From Salpingoeca rosetta (Eukaryota > Protista > Choanoflagellata), in NCBI GenBank assembly GCA_033442325.1, contig JAWQFM010000001.1, forward strand, positions 288,374 through 352,373: 64,000 nt of DNA, read 5' to 3'. Every line of letters starts with the position of its first letter. Within the stretch, counting starts at the first letter, position 1. The notes beneath the pieces were generated by a model, which worked only from the letters and a program-made list of their open reading frames with translations, did not search any database and was not told the origin of the DNA. Positions 61,272 to 64,000 of the stretch are shown one piece after another. The translations under genes were made by a program, and so were the position numbers.

Positions 61272-61570
61272 GTGAGGCTGTGGTGCTGGATATGGGGTGC
61301 TGCCGCTGCTCCCCCTGTGGACGCGAACAGCAGCCCTGCATGTGTGTGTATGTGTGTGCATGTGTGTGTGTGTGTCATCATGGAAGCGCATGTGTTTGTG
61401 GGCACGCACGCACCTTAGTGTTGTCGTCGTGGTGTGTGTGCGTGAGATAGATGCACATGCAAGCAACGCAAGAAGGCATACGCCACTGCGCGTCACACAC
61501 CACACACACACACCACTCACACACCACTCACACACCGTCATGCAACCCGCGCGTGTTGCAGACCGCGAAG

Positions 61571-62932
61571 ATGGTGCGCATCAGTGTCCTGAACGATGCC
61601 CTCAAGAGCATCACCAACGCCGAGCGCGCTGGCAAGCGCCAGGTTCTCATCAGGCCATGCTCCAAGGTCATCATCAAGTTCCTCATGGTCATGATGAAGC
61701 ACGGTGAGCTGACTCGCGTGCTGTGGTTCTATGGTTGCACCGGCCTGCCGTGTTTGTTCGTGGAATGCCTGCCATCATACGGCGGCCCGCAAACCTGCTT
61801 GCTGCGAGGGTGATCCCGCCACATGCTCGAAGACGAGAAAGCAAAGGAAGAGGATGATAGTGTGCCGGTGCTGCCACGACAGCAATGCGCGATTGTGGTT
61901 GTGGTCACGGGTCGTGGTTGGATGGATTGTTTCGAGGATTTCCTGCAGCGGCTTGAACGGAGATGGCAACAGCCAAACGTTGTTGGTGATGCCAGGATGG
62001 ACGACCAGCAAAGACAAAACAGCAGCTGGAATGGGGTGGACGACTGTTCTTGTGCTGAGTGTGTTGTGGTGGCGCGCGGGCGCAGACACAACACAGCACG
62101 ATGCTGCAGCCCGTCACAACCCGATGTTCCCGCTTTCGCCGTCCCGATTCCCCCCCCCCTCTTCTTTGTAGCTGACACCACACTGCACGCCATTGTCATC
62201 CTATCCGCTCACCCATCATGTCCTACTGAATTGCCTTTCCACACAACGCACTCACCAGGCTACATTGAGGAGTTTGAGGTCATTGACGACCACCGCGCGG
62301 GCAAGATTGTTGTGCAGCTGAACGGCCGCCTCAACAAGGTACCCTTGTAATGGTGATCCTTGTCGACCCATCGTGTGGTGTGTGTGTATGTGTGTGTGTT
62401 ACTTGAGCGTCTTGTCTATTTCAATGTTCTCCATTGTGTTTACCACAAAGTGACAACCCTCCTCACGTGCCGAATTTGAATGATTGCTGCTGGATGTGTG
62501 TGTTTAGTGTGGCGTGATCAGCCCTCGGTTTGATGTTAAGGTGAAGAACATTGAGGAGTGGATGAGCAGCCTGCTTCCCTCTCGTCAGTTCGGGTAAGCG
62601 ACTCACACTGTGAGGTGCCATGCATGTCTGGGTGGTTGTGTGGTTGTTGTTGTCGCTGTCAGTGGTGTGTGTGTATGTGTGCATTCGGCGTGTTTCGTTG
62701 AGTGTGTGCATGTCTACTGCCAGGTGCACAGCCATTTGCCAGTGTCTAGCGCCTTGTGATCCTCTCGCTGCAACGCACCCATTTGCCTCCCACTCACACA
62801 TTCATATACCCTTTTCCCCTCCCTCCCTGTTTGTGCAGCCATCTGGTGCTCACCACGTCCAACGGTATCATGACACACGAGGAGGCGCGTAAGAAGCACA
62901 CCGGTGGCAAGATCCTCGGCTTCTTCTACTGA
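61571..62932 (+). CDS. RPS15A: 40S ribosomal protein S15a (uS8), 4 coding exons
   Basis: [34 protein letters not shown]...|[27 protein letters not shown]|[10 protein letters not shown]...LLPSRQFG|[30 protein letters not shown]. Confidence 0.98.
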
Positions 62933-63333
62933 GCTGCTTGTGGTGAACCTCCCCATTGTGTGTGTTTTGATCGATGCCTTTAATCTCCGTGCTGCTGATG
63001 CTGGCTTCTGTACTGGGTGTGCGGATGAGCGTGTTCCTCGCTACCCACCACCCGAGGTCCCAGTAAATGCCCCACAACACCGTCGTTGTCAATGAGCTAG
63101 CTGGCTGCGTGCCTTGAGTGGCCTCTGGTGGCTGTGTATGTTTACGAGTCGTGTACGCAGCTATTTGGGACAGGGGAGGGGGATACAGCGCAAAGCAGGC
63201 TTGGTTGGCACAAACGCACACACCCCACAGAGCGTGTGGAAGAGGGACACTGAGAGTGTAGTGCAGTGTCACGTGTGTAACAGGTGTGAAGGCAAGGTGT
63301 CACAAAGCAACGCCCGCAGTTGTTGCTTGCTTG

Positions 63334-63546
63334 CTACGATGTTGGTTTGCTGTCGCCGTTGTCTGGCTTTGTCTGTGGGGATGCCGAGGAGGCCGATGAT
63401 GGCTTGCTGGGCCCCATCCAGTCAAGCGTTTCCACTTCAAGCTTGGTTGCCAGCTGCTTCTCCAACCACATGAGCAGCTTCAGCACGCGCGTCAACTTGA
63501 CGTCTTGCCGTTGTTTCTGTAGTGTGTGTGTGTGTGTGTGTATGTG

Positions 63547-63631
<85 letters not shown>

Positions 63632-63791
63632 ACGTGCAGGGATTGAAAGGGAAAGTGCATGGTGGTGCGAGCAGGCCAAAGTATTGATGGAAGAGCAGGG
63701 TGCGCGCACCAATTGCTTGAGGATGCTTGTGTTGAGGTGTGTGGCAGTCTCTTGACGATGCTGTTGTTGCAGAAGGCGGGCCAGCGGCGAG
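63334..63791 (-). CDS. GID8: 3' exons of a CTLH/CRA-domain protein (GID8/TWA1-like); gene continues beyond the window
   Basis: 'SPLARLLQQQHRQETATHLNTSILKQL|KQRQDVKLTRVLKLLMWLEKQL' matches the GID8 CRA pattern (SP..DLL...RQ....VN..IL; KL..LLKLL.W). Stop at 63334. Confidence 0.7.
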
Positions 63792-63917
63792 CTGAAGCAG
63801 CGCGCAAGGGATGATTGTGAAGAAGGCGAATGTGCGCGAATAAACGGAGGGCGTGCATGACAATGTGGCTGAACAAGTAATTTCAATATCGCGTGGCGCA
63901 CATGTATTCCTTTGAAT

Positions 63918-64000
<83 letters not shown>

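Noticed and set aside
63922-64000. Terminal repeat as a telomere
   Set aside because: It is (CA)n within an intron of the GID8-like gene, and no TTAGGG array is present.

Overview
Eukaryotic, gene-dense, intron-rich DNA. Introns and intergenic regions are full of (CA)n/(TG)n microsatellites, and there are two 100-N assembly gaps. Style and gene content point to a choanoflagellate, most like Salpingoeca rosetta (inference). Most ORFs in the supplied track are microsatellite or antisense artefacts. I stitched the gene models by eye from GT-AG exons, so boundaries are approximate, and all family calls come from remembered motifs, not database searches. About 17 genes, in order: exostosin/GT47 glycosyltransferase (-, partial), PLC-beta (-), two-pore channel (-), GTF3C6-like (+), FYVE-SH2 protein (+), Tim44/MAIP1-like (+), CYTH-like (-, 5' end not found, next to a gap), SQOR (+), intronless HxxxD acyltransferase (-), DNAJC17-like (+), ~2,700-aa IP3R/RyR-family channel (+), COA1 (+), secreted PHB depolymerase (+), CFAP61 (-), QRSL1/GatA (-), RPS15A (+) and GID8-like (-, partial). 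The most notable signal is a phosphoinositide/Ca2+ neighbourhood with two non-canonical channels. The IP3R-like protein lacks the GGGxGD filter and most IP3-binding basic residues. The TPC has an altered, acidic filter II, a canonical EF-hand and no polybasic PI(3,5)P2 linker. PLC, TPC and the IP3R-like protein each carry a canonical-looking EF-hand loop. Other observations are a polarised 5'-(TG)n...(CA)n-3' intron architecture, an anomalous GatA/CFAP61 junction, a structured element in an RPS15A intron and bacterial-like enzymes.
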